Origin: Planctomycetota bacterium
GTDB lineage: Bacteria > Planctomycetota > PLA2 > JAEUHO01
Length of the DNA stretch: 64,000 nucleotides
Direction of reading: 5' to 3'
Assembly (NCBI GenBank): GCA_050248855.1
Contig: JBFWRP010000022.1
Span: 1-64,000, forward strand
The position numbers were made by a program, and so were the translations under genes. The notes under the pieces are model-generated. The model searched no databases and was not told the DNA's origin. It saw only the letters and a list, made by a program, of their open reading frames with translations. Shown one piece after another: positions 1 to 10,179 of this stretch (position 1 is the stretch's first letter; the number at the start of each line of letters is the position of its first letter).

Positions 1-109
1 CCCCCCCGCGGGCTCACCCCCCCCCCGACCCCGAACTCGCCCCCCACCGCCACCGGCGCGCGCCGGCAGCCGCCGCGCGCCGCAGGTCGTCCGGTCGCGA
101 GTGCGACGG

Positions 110-1144
110 TCAGAAGTTGTAGGCGATGTTCAGGCGGAAGTACGGCGACCGGTTGGCTTCACCGCCCCGCGAGAGGTTCTCGCCGATGAAGTAGCCGACC
201 TCCGGGCCGATCGTCCAGTTGCGACCGATCTTCCAGTCGAAGCCAAAGCCGGCGTAGACGCCCAGGCAGCTGCCGCGGCGATCGAACGCGATCAGGTCGC
301 CCAGGTTCTCTTGGCCGGCGAAGTCCGGATCGCCGGGGAAGCCATCACGCGGCTGTGCAAGCTCGAAGAGCTTGATGCCGCCCTTGGCGAACCAGCGGAC
401 ACACGAGTTGCACGAGCCGAACTCGGCCTTGAGCCCCAGTCGCATCCCCCAGTACTTGCTGGAGAGTCCCTCCCCGATAAACTCTTCCCAGAGGTCCTGG
501 TACGAGGCACCGATCTCGGCGGCCCACGTGACGTTGCGCGATTGCTTGAAGCGCCAGCCGAAGTTGAACCCGAGCCCGAGTCCGGGGAGGACTTCCGGAC
601 CGAACTCGAAGTAGTGGCCGGGACAGCAGCAGTCGTTGCGCGCGCACGGTGAACCACACGGCGCAGACCAACCTTCGGGCGCACCCTGGTAGACCAGCGG
701 CATGCGCGGGGCATCGGCCGGAGTCTCCAGGACCACGTCTTCCTCGAGCGTGATCGGCGCGTCCTCGACGACCGGGGCGTCCTCCACCACGATCGGCGCC
801 TCTTCCACGACCTCGGGCACCTCGCCCTCGCCGTCCCACGCCGTGTGCGTGAAGCCGGGAGGCGGAGGAGCAGGGTGGTCGCCGCGGTTCACCGCCACGC
901 GCGGCGCGCGAGCCGGTGCGACCGGCGCCGGCGCGATCACGGGCGCGGGCGTCGGGCCCGGCGCGGCAGCGGGCTCAGCTGCACCGCGCTGCGGCAGGAC
1001 GGGCGGCAGACCGTAGTCATCACTCCCGGAGCCGAAAACGGCGGCACCGCTCGCCGGGGCCATCGAATCGGCCAAGCGAGGCCCGGTGCAGGCGGCCATG
1101 GCAAGAGCAAGCACCATGGCGCCGGCCACGTGAAGGCGCGGCAT
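110..1144 (-). CDS. Putative outer-membrane beta-barrel protein with lipoprotein signal, Pro/Glu-rich linker and Cys cluster
   Basis: GGAGG SD before ATG at 1144. Signal MPRLHVAGAMVLALAMAA-C, then a Pro-rich and VEDAP-repeat linker and PCGSPCARNDCCC. Alternating aromatic/Gly strands end FRLNIAYNF (C-terminal Phe, BAM-type signal). Confidence 0.7.
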   Translation of the reverse strand: MPRLHVAGAMVLALAMAACTGPRLADSMAPASGAAVFGSGSDDYGLPPVLPQRGAAEPAAAPGPTPAPVIAPAPVAPARAPRVAVNRGDHPAPPPPGFTHTAWDGEGEVPEVVEEAPIVVEDAPVVEDAPITLEEDVVLETPADAPRMPLVYQGAPEGWSAPCGSPCARNDCCCPGHYFEFGPEVLPGLGLGFNFGWRFKQSRNVTWAAEIGASYQDLWEEFIGEGLSSKYWGMRLGLKAEFGSCNSCVRWFAKGGIKLFELAQPRDGFPGDPDFAGQENLGDLIAFDRRGSCLGVYAGFGFDWKIGRNWTIGPEVGYFIGENLSRGGEANRSPYFRLNIAYNF

Positions 1145-1310
1145 GGAAGTTCCTCCCCTGGATTGGCGGCCCTCCCTCGGCACCGCCCCTGTCAGGTCCA
1201 GCGACTCTACCCGGAAGATCGGTCGACAGGCGAGGCGAGATGTGGGCCAAACGCCGGACGATGGCGTCCCGGCCCTGCGAACAGGGACCGAACACCCTTC
1301 CGCCTCTCCA

Positions 1311-2258
1311 TCAGGCCGGCGAGCGGTTGGCGCGGTACCAACCGATCGTCGCCCTGAGTCCCTCCTCCAGGGGGGTCGAGGCCCGCCAACCCAGGCGCTC
1401 CATGGCCCGGCGCGTGTCCAGGGAACGCCGGGGCTGCCCGTCGGGTTTGGTCGGGTCCCAGGCGATCGATCCCTCGAAGCCCACGAGGCGCCGGATGGCC
1501 GCGGCCAGATCACGGATGGTCGTCTCGGCCCCCGTCCCCAGGTTGATGGGCTCGGGGTCGTCGCACGCGGCCGCCGCCAGCACGATGGCCTCGGCGCAGT
1601 CCTCGACGTAGAGGAACTCACGCGACGCGCCACCCGTGCCCCAGGCCGGGACCTCCGCCGCGCCGGCCTCGTGGGCCTCCACGAACTTGCGGATGAGCGC
1701 GGGGATCACGTGGCTCGTCTGCAGGTCGAAGTCGTCCTCGGGGCCGTACAGGTTGGCGGGCAGCAAGTAGGCGCCGCCCCCCCCGAACTCGTCCCGGTAG
1801 GCCTGGAGGCCGGTGGCGAGCGCGCGCTTGGCCACGCCGTAGGGCGCATTCGTCTCTTCCGGGAAGCCGCTCCAGAGATGGTCCTCGCGGAAGGGCACCT
1901 CGGTGAACTTGGGGTACGCGCAGACGGTCCCCACGATCACGACGCGCTTCGCGCCGCCCAGACGCGCCGCCTCCAACACGTTCACGCCCATCAGCGTGTT
2001 GTCGCGCCAGAAGGTGCCCGGATGGACCTGGTTGGCGCCGATGCCACCCACGCGGGCGGCCAAGTGCACGACCACGTCCGGCCCCTCACGCTGGGCGAAG
2101 GCGTTCACCGCGGCCGGGTCGCGCAGTTCGAGCTCGGCATGGGGCGGCGCCACGACCTCGGCGCCCACGGCCGCCAAGCGCTCCACCACGCGGCGCCCCA
2201 AGAACCCGTGGCCGCCCGTGACCCAGACGCGCTGTCCGCCGAGGTCGGCCGCGCTCAT
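1311..2258 (-). CDS. fcl: GDP-L-fucose synthase
   Basis: [64 protein letters not shown] overlap with the gmd stop. Confidence 0.95.
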   Translation of the reverse strand: MSAADLGGQRVWVTGGHGFLGRRVVERLAAVGAEVVAPPHAELELRDPAAVNAFAQREGPDVVVHLAARVGGIGANQVHPGTFWRDNTLMGVNVLEAARLGGAKRVVIVGTVCAYPKFTEVPFREDHLWSGFPEETNAPYGVAKRALATGLQAYRDEFGGGGAYLLPANLYGPEDDFDLQTSHVIPALIRKFVEAHEAGAAEVPAWGTGGASREFLYVEDCAEAIVLAAAACDDPEPINLGTGAETTIRDLAAAIRRLVGFEGSIAWDPTKPDGQPRRSLDTRRAMERLGWRASTPLEEGLRATIGWYRANRSPA

Positions 2259-3277
2259 GCGCCCGCCTGCGTCCGCCGATCGTCGGCCACCAGCGCCTCC
2301 TCCCGCGCCAGGGTCATGTCGTGGTCCACCATCTTCGTCAGCAGCTCGTCGAAGCTGCACGAGGGTGTCCACCCGAGCGCATCGCGGGCCTTGCTTGCGT
2401 CGCCGAGCAGATGGTCGACCTCGCTGGGCCGCAGGTAGCGCGCGTCGAACTTGACGTGGGCCTCCGGGTCCAAGCCCGCGCGCGCGAATGCGCCGTCCAC
2501 CCACTCGCGCACGCTGTGCGACTCGCCCGTGGCGATCACGAAGTCGTCGGGCTCCTCGTGCTGCAGCATGCGCCACATCGCCTCGACGTAGTCGCCGGCA
2601 AAGCCCCAGTCGCGCCTGGCGTCCAGGTTGCCGAGGTACAGGTGCTCTTGCAGCCCGGCCTGGATCCGCCCCACCGCACGCGTCACCTTGCGCGTGAGGA
2701 ACGTCTCGCCGCGCCGCGGGCTCTCGTGGTTGAAGAGGATCCCGTTGACGGCGAACACCCCGTAGGCCTCGCGGTAGTTGATGCACGCGTAGTGCGCCAT
2801 GACCTTGGCCACGGCGTAGGGGCTTCGCGGCTGGAAGGGCGTGGTCTCGCTCTGGGGCGGGGTGGCGCTCCCGAACATCTCGCTGCTACCCGCTTGGTAG
2901 AAGCGGATGCCCTTCGGGTCCACGCGGCGGATCGCCTCCAGCAGCCGCGCCGCGCCCATGGCCACGGCCTCCGCCGTGTAGATCGGCATGTCGAAGGACA
3001 CACGCACGTGGCTCTGCGCGCCCAGGTTGTAGACCTCGTCCGGGTGCAGGCGGTGCAGGAGGTCGGTCATCGACGCGTCGTCGAGCAGGTCCCCGAAGTG
3101 GAGCGTCAGCTTGCTCCCCGCCACGTGGCGATCGTGATAGAGGTGGTCGATGCGCGCCGTGTTGAAGCTGGACGAGCGCCGCACGAGTCCGTGCACCTCG
3201 TAGCCCTTGGCCAGCAGCAATTCCGCCAAGTACGAGCCATCTTGTCCGGTGATCCCGGTGATCAGGGCCTTGGGCAT
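2255..3277 (-). CDS. gmd: GDP-mannose 4,6-dehydratase
   Basis: [66 protein letters not shown]. Confidence 0.97.
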   Translation of the reverse strand: MPKALITGITGQDGSYLAELLLAKGYEVHGLVRRSSSFNTARIDHLYHDRHVAGSKLTLHFGDLLDDASMTDLLHRLHPDEVYNLGAQSHVRVSFDMPIYTAEAVAMGAARLLEAIRRVDPKGIRFYQAGSSEMFGSATPPQSETTPFQPRSPYAVAKVMAHYACINYREAYGVFAVNGILFNHESPRRGETFLTRKVTRAVGRIQAGLQEHLYLGNLDARRDWGFAGDYVEAMWRMLQHEEPDDFVIATGESHSVREWVDGAFARAGLDPEAHVKFDARYLRPSEVDHLLGDASKARDALGWTPSCSFDELLTKMVDHDMTLAREEALVADDRRTQAGA

Positions 3278-3351
3278 CGCCGCTCCGTCGCTCCTCTTCC
3301 TGCTGGTGCGTGCGCATCGTAGCGACGGAGGCCAAGGGAGCGACGAAGGGC

Positions 3352-5151
3352 CTACCGGCGTTTCAGGGCGTCGTACACCAAGCGCGCCCAGCCCCGCAGA
3401 CCGTGGCCGCTCCTGCCCTGCGTCGGGCCGCCCTGCTCTCCAGGCGCCAACCACTCGCGGAGGGGCACGCGGAAGCCCGTCTTGCGGCGCGCGAAGAGAC
3501 CATCGGGGAGGGCGCCCGACGTGATCGGCCGCAGGACGTCCTTCGTGGGCGGCGGGCTCGCGACCAAGTTCGGTGCCAGCTGCTGCAGCAACGTCGCGTC
3601 CACGAGGGGCACACGGATCTCCACGCCATGCGCCATGCCCGCCCAATCGGCGTCACGCAGGAGCTGGTGGCGCATGTACCAGGTGCTCTCCAGGGCCACC
3701 ACCCGGGCATGGTCGCTGTCGATACCCTGGATCGTGCTCTCGATCCGCTGGGGCAGCGCGACACGCTCCCAACCCAGTCGCACCATGTCCGGCGCAAGGA
3801 GGTCGGGCAGCTCGTGGGGAAGGAACAGCCCACGCCGCAGCACGTAGGCCCCCCACCACGTGCCTGCCAGCTCGGGGACCGCGGCCCACTTGGGGGAGAG
3901 TCGACGTCCGGTGAGCGGCTGGACAAGCGCACGCAGGCCGCGACCGAGGCCCGGGATCCTGCGCACCAGCCGAAGGGAGCGCGCAGCGCGCGGCACACTG
4001 CCGAACGACGGGTAGCCGGCGAACAGCTCGTCGCCCCCCAGCCCCGACAGCGCCACCTTGAGGCCGCTTGCCGCCGCGGCGCGGCTCACGAACCACGTGT
4101 TGACACCATCCAGGGTGGGCTGATCCATGTCCGCCAGGAGCTGATGCAGCACGCCGGCCACGTCCTCGCGTTCGAGCCATGCCGTGGTGTGGCGCGTGCC
4201 GAGCGCTTGGGCGGTGGCTTCGGCTCCCGGGACCTCGTCGTCCTGCGTGCCTCGGTACAGACCAAAGCCCATGGTGAACGTGCGCACATCGGCCGAAGCC
4301 TGCGCCGCCGCCGTGGCGATGACGGCACTGTCGACGCCTGCGCTCAGGAACACGCCCACGGGTACGTCCGAAGCCAGGTGGGCCTCCACGCTGCTCCGAA
4401 CACACGAGGCCACAGGATCTCCGCTGCGACGCGCCATCCCCCCGAGCTGGCTGCGCAGGGGGTCGAGCACGTCGCGCACGAAGAGCGTGCGTGCGTTGCC
4501 TTCGCTGTCGATCTCGAGGCACGCTCCCGCCGGCACCGCCTGGATGCCCTCGTAGAGGGTCCAGGGGTCTGGCACGTGCCCGAACAGCAGGAAGCCCACG
4601 TGCCCCGCGGGCTCCGGCCCCGTACGGACGCCCGGGGCCTTGACGAGGGGCCGCACCTGCGAGGCCAGCCAGAAGCCGCCGCCCGTCTTGGCAATGTAGA
4701 GCGGCTTGATCCCGTACGGATCGCGGGCCACGACGAGGCGCCTCGCCGGCGCATCCCAGAGGACGACGGCGTACATGCCGCGCAGCTTCCGGAACACCTC
4801 CGGACCGCGCTCGCGAAAGCGGCGGAGCAAGACCTCGGTGTCGCTCGTGCCGCGCAGCGAGGCGCCGCGGTCCTCAAGCGCCTCCCGCTCCTCGGCGAGG
4901 TCGTAGAGCTCGCCGTTGAACACGATCACCGATCCGGTCACCGGATCCCGCATCGGCTGGGCGCCGGTCTCGGCGAGATCGCGGATCGCCAGGCGCCGGT
5001 GGCCCAGCGTGAGGCGACCGGACTCGTCCTGCCAGAGGCCTTCGCCATCGGGGCCGCGGGACCGCATGTGATCGCGAGCTGCCATGACGGCGTCGCGGTC
5101 CATCCCGGAGTCCCCGGAGCCAAAGCGCAGGAACGCAACGAGTCCGCACAT
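3352..5151 (-). CDS. asnB: Asparagine synthase (glutamine-hydrolysing)-like amidotransferase
   Basis: Starts MCG (Ntn-hydrolase Cys2); [57 protein letters not shown]. The ORF-track extension to 7194 is spurious. Confidence 0.9.
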   Translation of the reverse strand: MCGLVAFLRFGSGDSGMDRDAVMAARDHMRSRGPDGEGLWQDESGRLTLGHRRLAIRDLAETGAQPMRDPVTGSVIVFNGELYDLAEEREALEDRGASLRGTSDTEVLLRRFRERGPEVFRKLRGMYAVVLWDAPARRLVVARDPYGIKPLYIAKTGGGFWLASQVRPLVKAPGVRTGPEPAGHVGFLLFGHVPDPWTLYEGIQAVPAGACLEIDSEGNARTLFVRDVLDPLRSQLGGMARRSGDPVASCVRSSVEAHLASDVPVGVFLSAGVDSAVIATAAAQASADVRTFTMGFGLYRGTQDDEVPGAEATAQALGTRHTTAWLEREDVAGVLHQLLADMDQPTLDGVNTWFVSRAAAASGLKVALSGLGGDELFAGYPSFGSVPRAARSLRLVRRIPGLGRGLRALVQPLTGRRLSPKWAAVPELAGTWWGAYVLRRGLFLPHELPDLLAPDMVRLGWERVALPQRIESTIQGIDSDHARVVALESTWYMRHQLLRDADWAGMAHGVEIRVPLVDATLLQQLAPNLVASPPPTKDVLRPITSGALPDGLFARRKTGFRVPLREWLAPGEQGGPTQGRSGHGLRGWARLVYDALKRR

Positions 5152-5253
5152 GCCGGCGGATCGTCGCACGCGCCACGCACACGACCACGCGGCCTCCGAG
5201 GGTCCCGGTGCTACGCTGCCCGGACGGGTCGGGAGACCGGACAGGGAGGCGGC

Positions 5254-6726
5254 ATGCGCGCCAGGAACCACGAGAGGGGCCAGGGGCCCAAGGTCCAGGG
5301 ACGCTACCGCGGCAGGTGCGGTCGACGGCACGCCGCGGTCGGCGTGGTCGTGATCGCGGCCGCACTCTGCGGCTGCCAGACGGGCGCGGGAGCCCGCGAG
5401 CACGCCCTCGCGCGCACGCCGATCGAGGGCCAGCCCGTGGGCGGCGCGCTCGCCGCCGAGCCGGCACCGCCCACGCCCGGTCCACCAGCACGGCTCACGC
5501 GCCTCGACGCGATCACGCCGGAGGTGGCCGCGGCGTTCGGCATCGTGCTGACGCGCAAGGCGCCCACGGACTGGGTCGTCGATCGCGAGGCCGTCGTGCC
5601 CACGTCGGTCACCGCGGCCGCCGCGGACATGCCCGCTGTTGCCCCGCGCCTCGAGCCCACGCCCTGGGCTCCTGCGAGGGCGTGCGCACCGCGGCTTGCC
5701 ACCTGCTCTGCGCGCGGCCTCCCGGAGTGCATGGACGACGGCCTGTACCGCGGCCTGGTCGAGCGGCGCTGCCCCTCGGGGTACGTGGGCCTCGCCGGCT
5801 CGCTCCTGCCGAACGTGGGCCTGCAGGTGTTCGGCGGCCGCGTGATCGGCGGGAGCAGCGTGGCGCCCACGTCGTTCGAGGCCGGCCTCACGTGGCAGTT
5901 CCTGGACGACGAGACGTTCGCCGACGACGGCAACCCGGAAGCGGGCGACTGGGTCCAGGCCGACGTCGGCCTGCGCTTCACGCGCTCGATCGCCTGCGCA
6001 CGGCGCAGCGTGCTGCGCGTTGGTGCCAGCTACGTGCGCGCCGAGGGCGAGCCCAACATCCTGCAGTTCCCCGGCGACTACTTCGGCGGCTACGTCGGCG
6101 TCGGGTTCGAAACGGATCTGAACGGGAGCGTCACGATCGGGCCTGACCTGACCGTCCACGTCCTCACCAAGGACGGCTCGTTCACCCACGGCATCGTGCC
6201 GCAGCTCACATGGCGGCTCTCGTGGTGGATCGGCGGCGGGACACCCAGCGGCGGCGACGCCTGCCGAGCGCAGGGCGAGGTCTACCTCTCCGCGGCGGCC
6301 CTGGCGTGGCCGGGCCTCGGCGGAGGCGTCGAGCTCGGCCAGCGCGTGCTGCGCACGCCGGGGGTGGACTTGTCGTTCGAGATGCTCGCCGGGGTCCAGT
6401 CGCTGGAGGACGGCACCCTCGCCGCGGAGGGCGACGGTGACGCTGCGTACCTGCGCGGATCGCTCAAGGCCCTGTTCGCGCCGCGCAGTTGCTCCCACCT
6501 GACCGCCCGCTTGGGCCTCGGCTGGTTCCGCACCACGGCGCCGGTGGACGGTGTGGCCACGCCGGGCGACTACGTCGGACTCTGCGCGGGCCTTGGCTAC
6601 GAGTTCGACCTGGGCGAGCGCTGGCGGACGGGCCCCGAAGTCTCGGCCTGGGTGGCCGCACGCGAAGGCACGACCGACGTCGAGGTCATCCCCCAGGTCA
6701 CGTGGCGCATCACGCTCCTTCTGTAG
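5254..6726 (+). CDS. Putative outer-membrane protein with lipobox and two tandem beta-barrel domains
   Basis: GGGAGG SD and a TGnTACGCT extended -10 candidate at 5209-5217. Signal ends IAAALCG-C, followed by a Pro/Cys-rich linker and two internally similar strand-rich units, each with GxGF/YE.DL...GPD/E and ending PQxTWR. Confidence 0.65.
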   Translation: MRARNHERGQGPKVQGRYRGRCGRRHAAVGVVVIAAALCGCQTGAGAREHALARTPIEGQPVGGALAAEPAPPTPGPPARLTRLDAITPEVAAAFGIVLTRKAPTDWVVDREAVVPTSVTAAAADMPAVAPRLEPTPWAPARACAPRLATCSARGLPECMDDGLYRGLVERRCPSGYVGLAGSLLPNVGLQVFGGRVIGGSSVAPTSFEAGLTWQFLDDETFADDGNPEAGDWVQADVGLRFTRSIACARRSVLRVGASYVRAEGEPNILQFPGDYFGGYVGVGFETDLNGSVTIGPDLTVHVLTKDGSFTHGIVPQLTWRLSWWIGGGTPSGGDACRAQGEVYLSAAALAWPGLGGGVELGQRVLRTPGVDLSFEMLAGVQSLEDGTLAAEGDGDAAYLRGSLKALFAPRSCSHLTARLGLGWFRTTAPVDGVATPGDYVGLCAGLGYEFDLGERWRTGPEVSAWVAAREGTTDVEVIPQVTWRITLLL

Positions 6727-6946
6727 GGCAACTGCGTAGCCCGGATGTTCCATGATGCGCGTGACGGGATCCGCATACGGGGCCTCCGGGCAACAACCTG
6801 CCGCGGCTTGGCGAGGCGCGGCCGTCGCAAGGCGTCGATGCCGAGTCCATCTCCGACGAGGGACGGCGACGAGATCGGGCGCGAGGGCCGCGCGACTCGA
6901 CCCGTGTTCATGAGACATCCGGGCCAACGTCCGTAGACTCGGCACG

Positions 6947-7753
6947 GTGTCCGTTCCGAGCCTCCCCTCCGCGTCGACAACCTGCCTCTTGCGGGGGGTG
7001 GAGCACGGCGAGCTGGGGACCGCGACCCTGCGTGTCCTGGACGGCGTGGAGGTCGCGCTGGCGATCTCCGCCGGCGTCGACCCGGCCATCCAAGAGCGCA
7101 AGCGTGGGTACGAGCACCTCAACGAGGACGTCGTCTTCGCGTGCCTCGGGGCCGACCGGTGGGTGCTGGCCGTCGCCGATGGCCACGAGGGCATCGAGGC
7201 CTCGCACGAGCTGATCGACCACCTCGCTGCGCACGTCGCGTCCTATCCACGCCTGCCGCGCGAGCAGGCGCATTGGTGGCGAGACGCGGCCCGCGAGATC
7301 GGAGGCCTGGGCTACGCCGGATCCACCTTGGTCGTCGCCTGCTGGGAGCCCCGGGCCCGCCGCGTCACGGGCCTCTCCTACGGGGACAGCCGCGTGTGGC
7401 GTTGGCGACCCACGAAGGGCCTGCGCTCCTTGGCCGCGCCGACCCACAGCTTCGTGCGGCCCGGGGACCTCTACGGCTGGCACCCCGACCACGCCCGCTT
7501 CATCGAGGAGCCCTGGCGTCCCGGCGACGTCCTCCTCGTGCACACGGACGGCGTGACGGAGTGCTGCTACCGCGACACCGAGGCGTCGGTCGGGGAAGCG
7601 GAGATCGCGGCCCTGTGTGCCGCGGTCGAGGGAGAGCCGTCCGCCCTCGTGCGCGACGTCCTGGACGCCGCGCTGCGTGGCGTACGGGGCCACCCGGGCG
7701 GACAGGACAACGTGGCGATCGTCGCCGCGCGTCCGCCCGCTGCGCTACGGTAA
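6947..7753 (+). CDS. PP2C/SpoIIE-family (PPM) protein phosphatase
   Basis: PPM motifs NED, VADGHEG, GSTL, GDSRVW, HTDGVTE, GQDNVAIV. Confidence 0.85.
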   Translation: MSVPSLPSASTTCLLRGVEHGELGTATLRVLDGVEVALAISAGVDPAIQERKRGYEHLNEDVVFACLGADRWVLAVADGHEGIEASHELIDHLAAHVASYPRLPREQAHWWRDAAREIGGLGYAGSTLVVACWEPRARRVTGLSYGDSRVWRWRPTKGLRSLAAPTHSFVRPGDLYGWHPDHARFIEEPWRPGDVLLVHTDGVTECCYRDTEASVGEAEIAALCAAVEGEPSALVRDVLDAALRGVRGHPGGQDNVAIVAARPPAALR

Positions 7754-7777
7754 CCCTCCGAACCGCGAGGCCCGCCC

Positions 7778-9193
7778 GTGCTCATCCGCTTCTTGCTCGT
7801 GGCCGCCCTGTTGCTCGTCGCGGCCTCGGGCACGCGCAGGGGTGTCATCGCCCTCGTCGTGGCGTCCGCCCTCCAAGACGTGCTGCGCAAGCTCGACAAC
7901 ACGCCGGGCTCGGGGTTCCTGTGGACGGGCCTTGCCGGGCTCGTGCTCGTGGCCACGGTCACGGGGCTGATCCTGCGCGGCGAGCGTCGCTCGTTCACGG
8001 CGGGTGAGGCCAGCCGGCTGCAGAAGCCCCTGGTCGTCTTGGCCGTGATCGTGCTTCTGCAGGCAGTTGTGTCCTTCGCCCGCACCAAGTCCGTGGCCGT
8101 TCCACTGCTCGGCATCGCCATGTACCTGTTCCCGCTGGCGGCGCTGCAGGTCGGACTGACCCTCGGACGCAGCGCGCGTACGGTCGACCGCCTGCTGCTT
8201 CTCTACGCGGGCGTGACGTCCATTGCGCTGGGCGCGATGTTCTTCACCAAGCTCGGTGTCCAGCACCCGCTGCTCGATCCCGTGGGCGAAGAGCTCGTTA
8301 CGTACGGTGTCGGTGGCGTGGTGCAGTTGGAGCAAGGTCTGTACCGGGCGCCGGAGATCGCCGGCTGGCACGCCAGCATGCTGCTCTGCCTGTGTCTCCT
8401 GTGGGCCGGCGAAGGGCGCCGCCGGGCGTGGGTACCGTTACTCGTCGTCGCAAGCTTGGCTGCACTGTGGACCGGGCGACGCAAGTGGTTGCTCACGCCC
8501 GCGGTCGTGCTCGTGACTGCACAGGTGGGCGCCCTCTGGCTCGGCCTCCGTCGCACGCGGCTGTTGGCTGGCGGCGTCGCCGCCCTGCTCGTCCTCGTCG
8601 GCGTCACGATGGCGATCCTGTCCACGGCGAACGAGCACAGTGCAACGGGCGCGCACTTGGCCCGCCTCAACCTCGTGGAGGCCCACGCGGCATCCCGGGT
8701 GCACGCCCTGGGTGGCGTAGGCCCCCTTGACGTGATCAAGCGCGTCGGATGGCTAGGCGGCGGCGTGGGCGTGGCCCAGCAAGGCACGCGACACCTGGCC
8801 GGAGCCCACGGCGTCGAGATCGCCGGATGGGGCGCCGAAGGCGGTCTGGGGCAGATCCTGGCCGAGATCGGCATCCCTGGCCTGCTCGCCTCCCTCGTCG
8901 TCGCCTTGATGATGGGCCGCGTGCTGCTGGGCGGCATCCGGCGGGCGATGCGCGTCGGCGATGACCGATCGGCGTGGCTGCTCATGTGGGGAACGGCCAC
9001 CCTGCTGGCCAACGCGCTGGCATTCCTCCTCGCGAAGCAGGCCTTCGGTGATCCGTTCATCGTGGCCTGGCTCGGGCTCTTGGCCGGGTGTCTCGTGGCG
9101 CGCGCCGACGCCGTGGCCGTGGCCCCGACACCCTTCAGGGCAGGCCCGCGCCCTTATCGACTCGATGTCGTGGCTCCGGGCGGCATCTCCTGA
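7778..9193 (+). CDS. Polytopic membrane protein, Wzy polymerase / O-antigen ligase-like
   Basis: About 11-12 hydrophobic segments. TGRRK after a TM, a large late loop with GGGVG, then EGGLGQILAEIGIPG, a pattern typical of Wzy_C/WaaL proteins. Polysaccharide gene context. Confidence 0.65.
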   Translation: MLIRFLLVAALLLVAASGTRRGVIALVVASALQDVLRKLDNTPGSGFLWTGLAGLVLVATVTGLILRGERRSFTAGEASRLQKPLVVLAVIVLLQAVVSFARTKSVAVPLLGIAMYLFPLAALQVGLTLGRSARTVDRLLLLYAGVTSIALGAMFFTKLGVQHPLLDPVGEELVTYGVGGVVQLEQGLYRAPEIAGWHASMLLCLCLLWAGEGRRRAWVPLLVVASLAALWTGRRKWLLTPAVVLVTAQVGALWLGLRRTRLLAGGVAALLVLVGVTMAILSTANEHSATGAHLARLNLVEAHAASRVHALGGVGPLDVIKRVGWLGGGVGVAQQGTRHLAGAHGVEIAGWGAEGGLGQILAEIGIPGLLASLVVALMMGRVLLGGIRRAMRVGDDRSAWLLMWGTATLLANALAFLLAKQAFGDPFIVAWLGLLAGCLVARADAVAVAPTPFRAGPRPYRLDVVAPGGIS

Positions 9194-10119
9194 GACCTCG
9201 CCGATCCGGGGGGTCTGGGCAGGGTGCGCGGCGGCGCGAGCCGGAGCGCGAGGGCTCGCCACCACCCTCGCGTCTCTGCCACCAACGTGGGCAGGATCCA
9301 CCACGGTCGACGCAGGTGATGGCGTGTACGGATACTGCGCAGGGGTCGGAGGAGCATTTGGCCCAGCCAGTTGGGCGGCCGACTGCGCAACAGGTAGTAG
9401 TAGGCCCCGACGGCGTGATGCGCTCGCCACGTGCGCAGATGGTGTCCCGCGGCCCGTGTCCCGCCCGAGCTCGCGTGCAGGTGGTGCAGCGAGGCCTCGG
9501 GCTCGAAGCGGATGTTCCACCCCGCGGCCCGCGTGCGGTGGGCCAACTCGGCCTCGAAGCGATACGCGGCTCCCTCGAAGCACTCGTCGAAGCCGCCAAG
9601 CTCCAGCGCCAGCTCGCGCCGCAGGCTGAAGTTGCCCCCCATGAACTGCTCGATCCACGCGGGTGTGTGCTGGGCGAACGAGAACCCGTCTGCGCCCGCC
9701 GTGGCTTCGTCGTCCCAGGGTTGGACCACGCGGCCGGCCACGATGCCGAGCGGCCGATCCCACGCGGCTTCGTGCGCGCGGACGTGCGCGGCGACCAAGC
9801 CGGGGTCCGGCACGACGTCGTCGTCGAGGAACAGCACGACGTCGCCTCGTGCCTCGAGCAAGCCGTGGTTCATGGCGGCCGTGATGCACGGGCGGTCGCG
9901 GCGCAGCCAGCGCAGCGGCCCTTGGCGTGTCCAGGCCTCGAGGCGCTCGGCGGTCGCCGGTTCGTGCTGGGGTGTCTGGTCCACCACGACGACCTCGAGA
10001 GGCGGTGGCTCCAGGGCCATGATCGCGGCGACCGTATCGCACAAGACGGCCTCGCGTCCGTACGTGGGGACCACGACGCTGGCGCGGAGGCCAGACACGA
10101 CGCCGGGATGCACGCTCAT
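9154..10119 (-). CDS. Glycosyltransferase family 2
   Basis: SVVVPTYGR, VVVVDQ, LFLDDD, GGNFSLRR..GGFDE. Confidence 0.9.
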   Translation of the reverse strand: MSVHPGVVSGLRASVVVPTYGREAVLCDTVAAIMALEPPPLEVVVVDQTPQHEPATAERLEAWTRQGPLRWLRRDRPCITAAMNHGLLEARGDVVLFLDDDVVPDPGLVAAHVRAHEAAWDRPLGIVAGRVVQPWDDEATAGADGFSFAQHTPAWIEQFMGGNFSLRRELALELGGFDECFEGAAYRFEAELAHRTRAAGWNIRFEPEASLHHLHASSGGTRAAGHHLRTWRAHHAVGAYYYLLRSRPPNWLGQMLLRPLRSIRTRHHLRRPWWILPTLVAETRGWWRALALRLAPPRTLPRPPGSARSQEMPPGATTSSR

Positions 10120-10179
10120 GGGCCCACCCTGGTGGAGCCGGCTGCGCCCGCTCCAAGAGGCGCTCCGCATCCGGCCGGC

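Noticed and set aside
3352..7194. Apparent giant fusions in the ORF track (1280-aa and 1088-aa AsnB, 1138-aa barrel, 1040-aa GT4)
   Set aside because: The N-terminal extensions overlap other real genes. AsnB needs Cys at position 2, which fixes the starts at 5151 and 19064.
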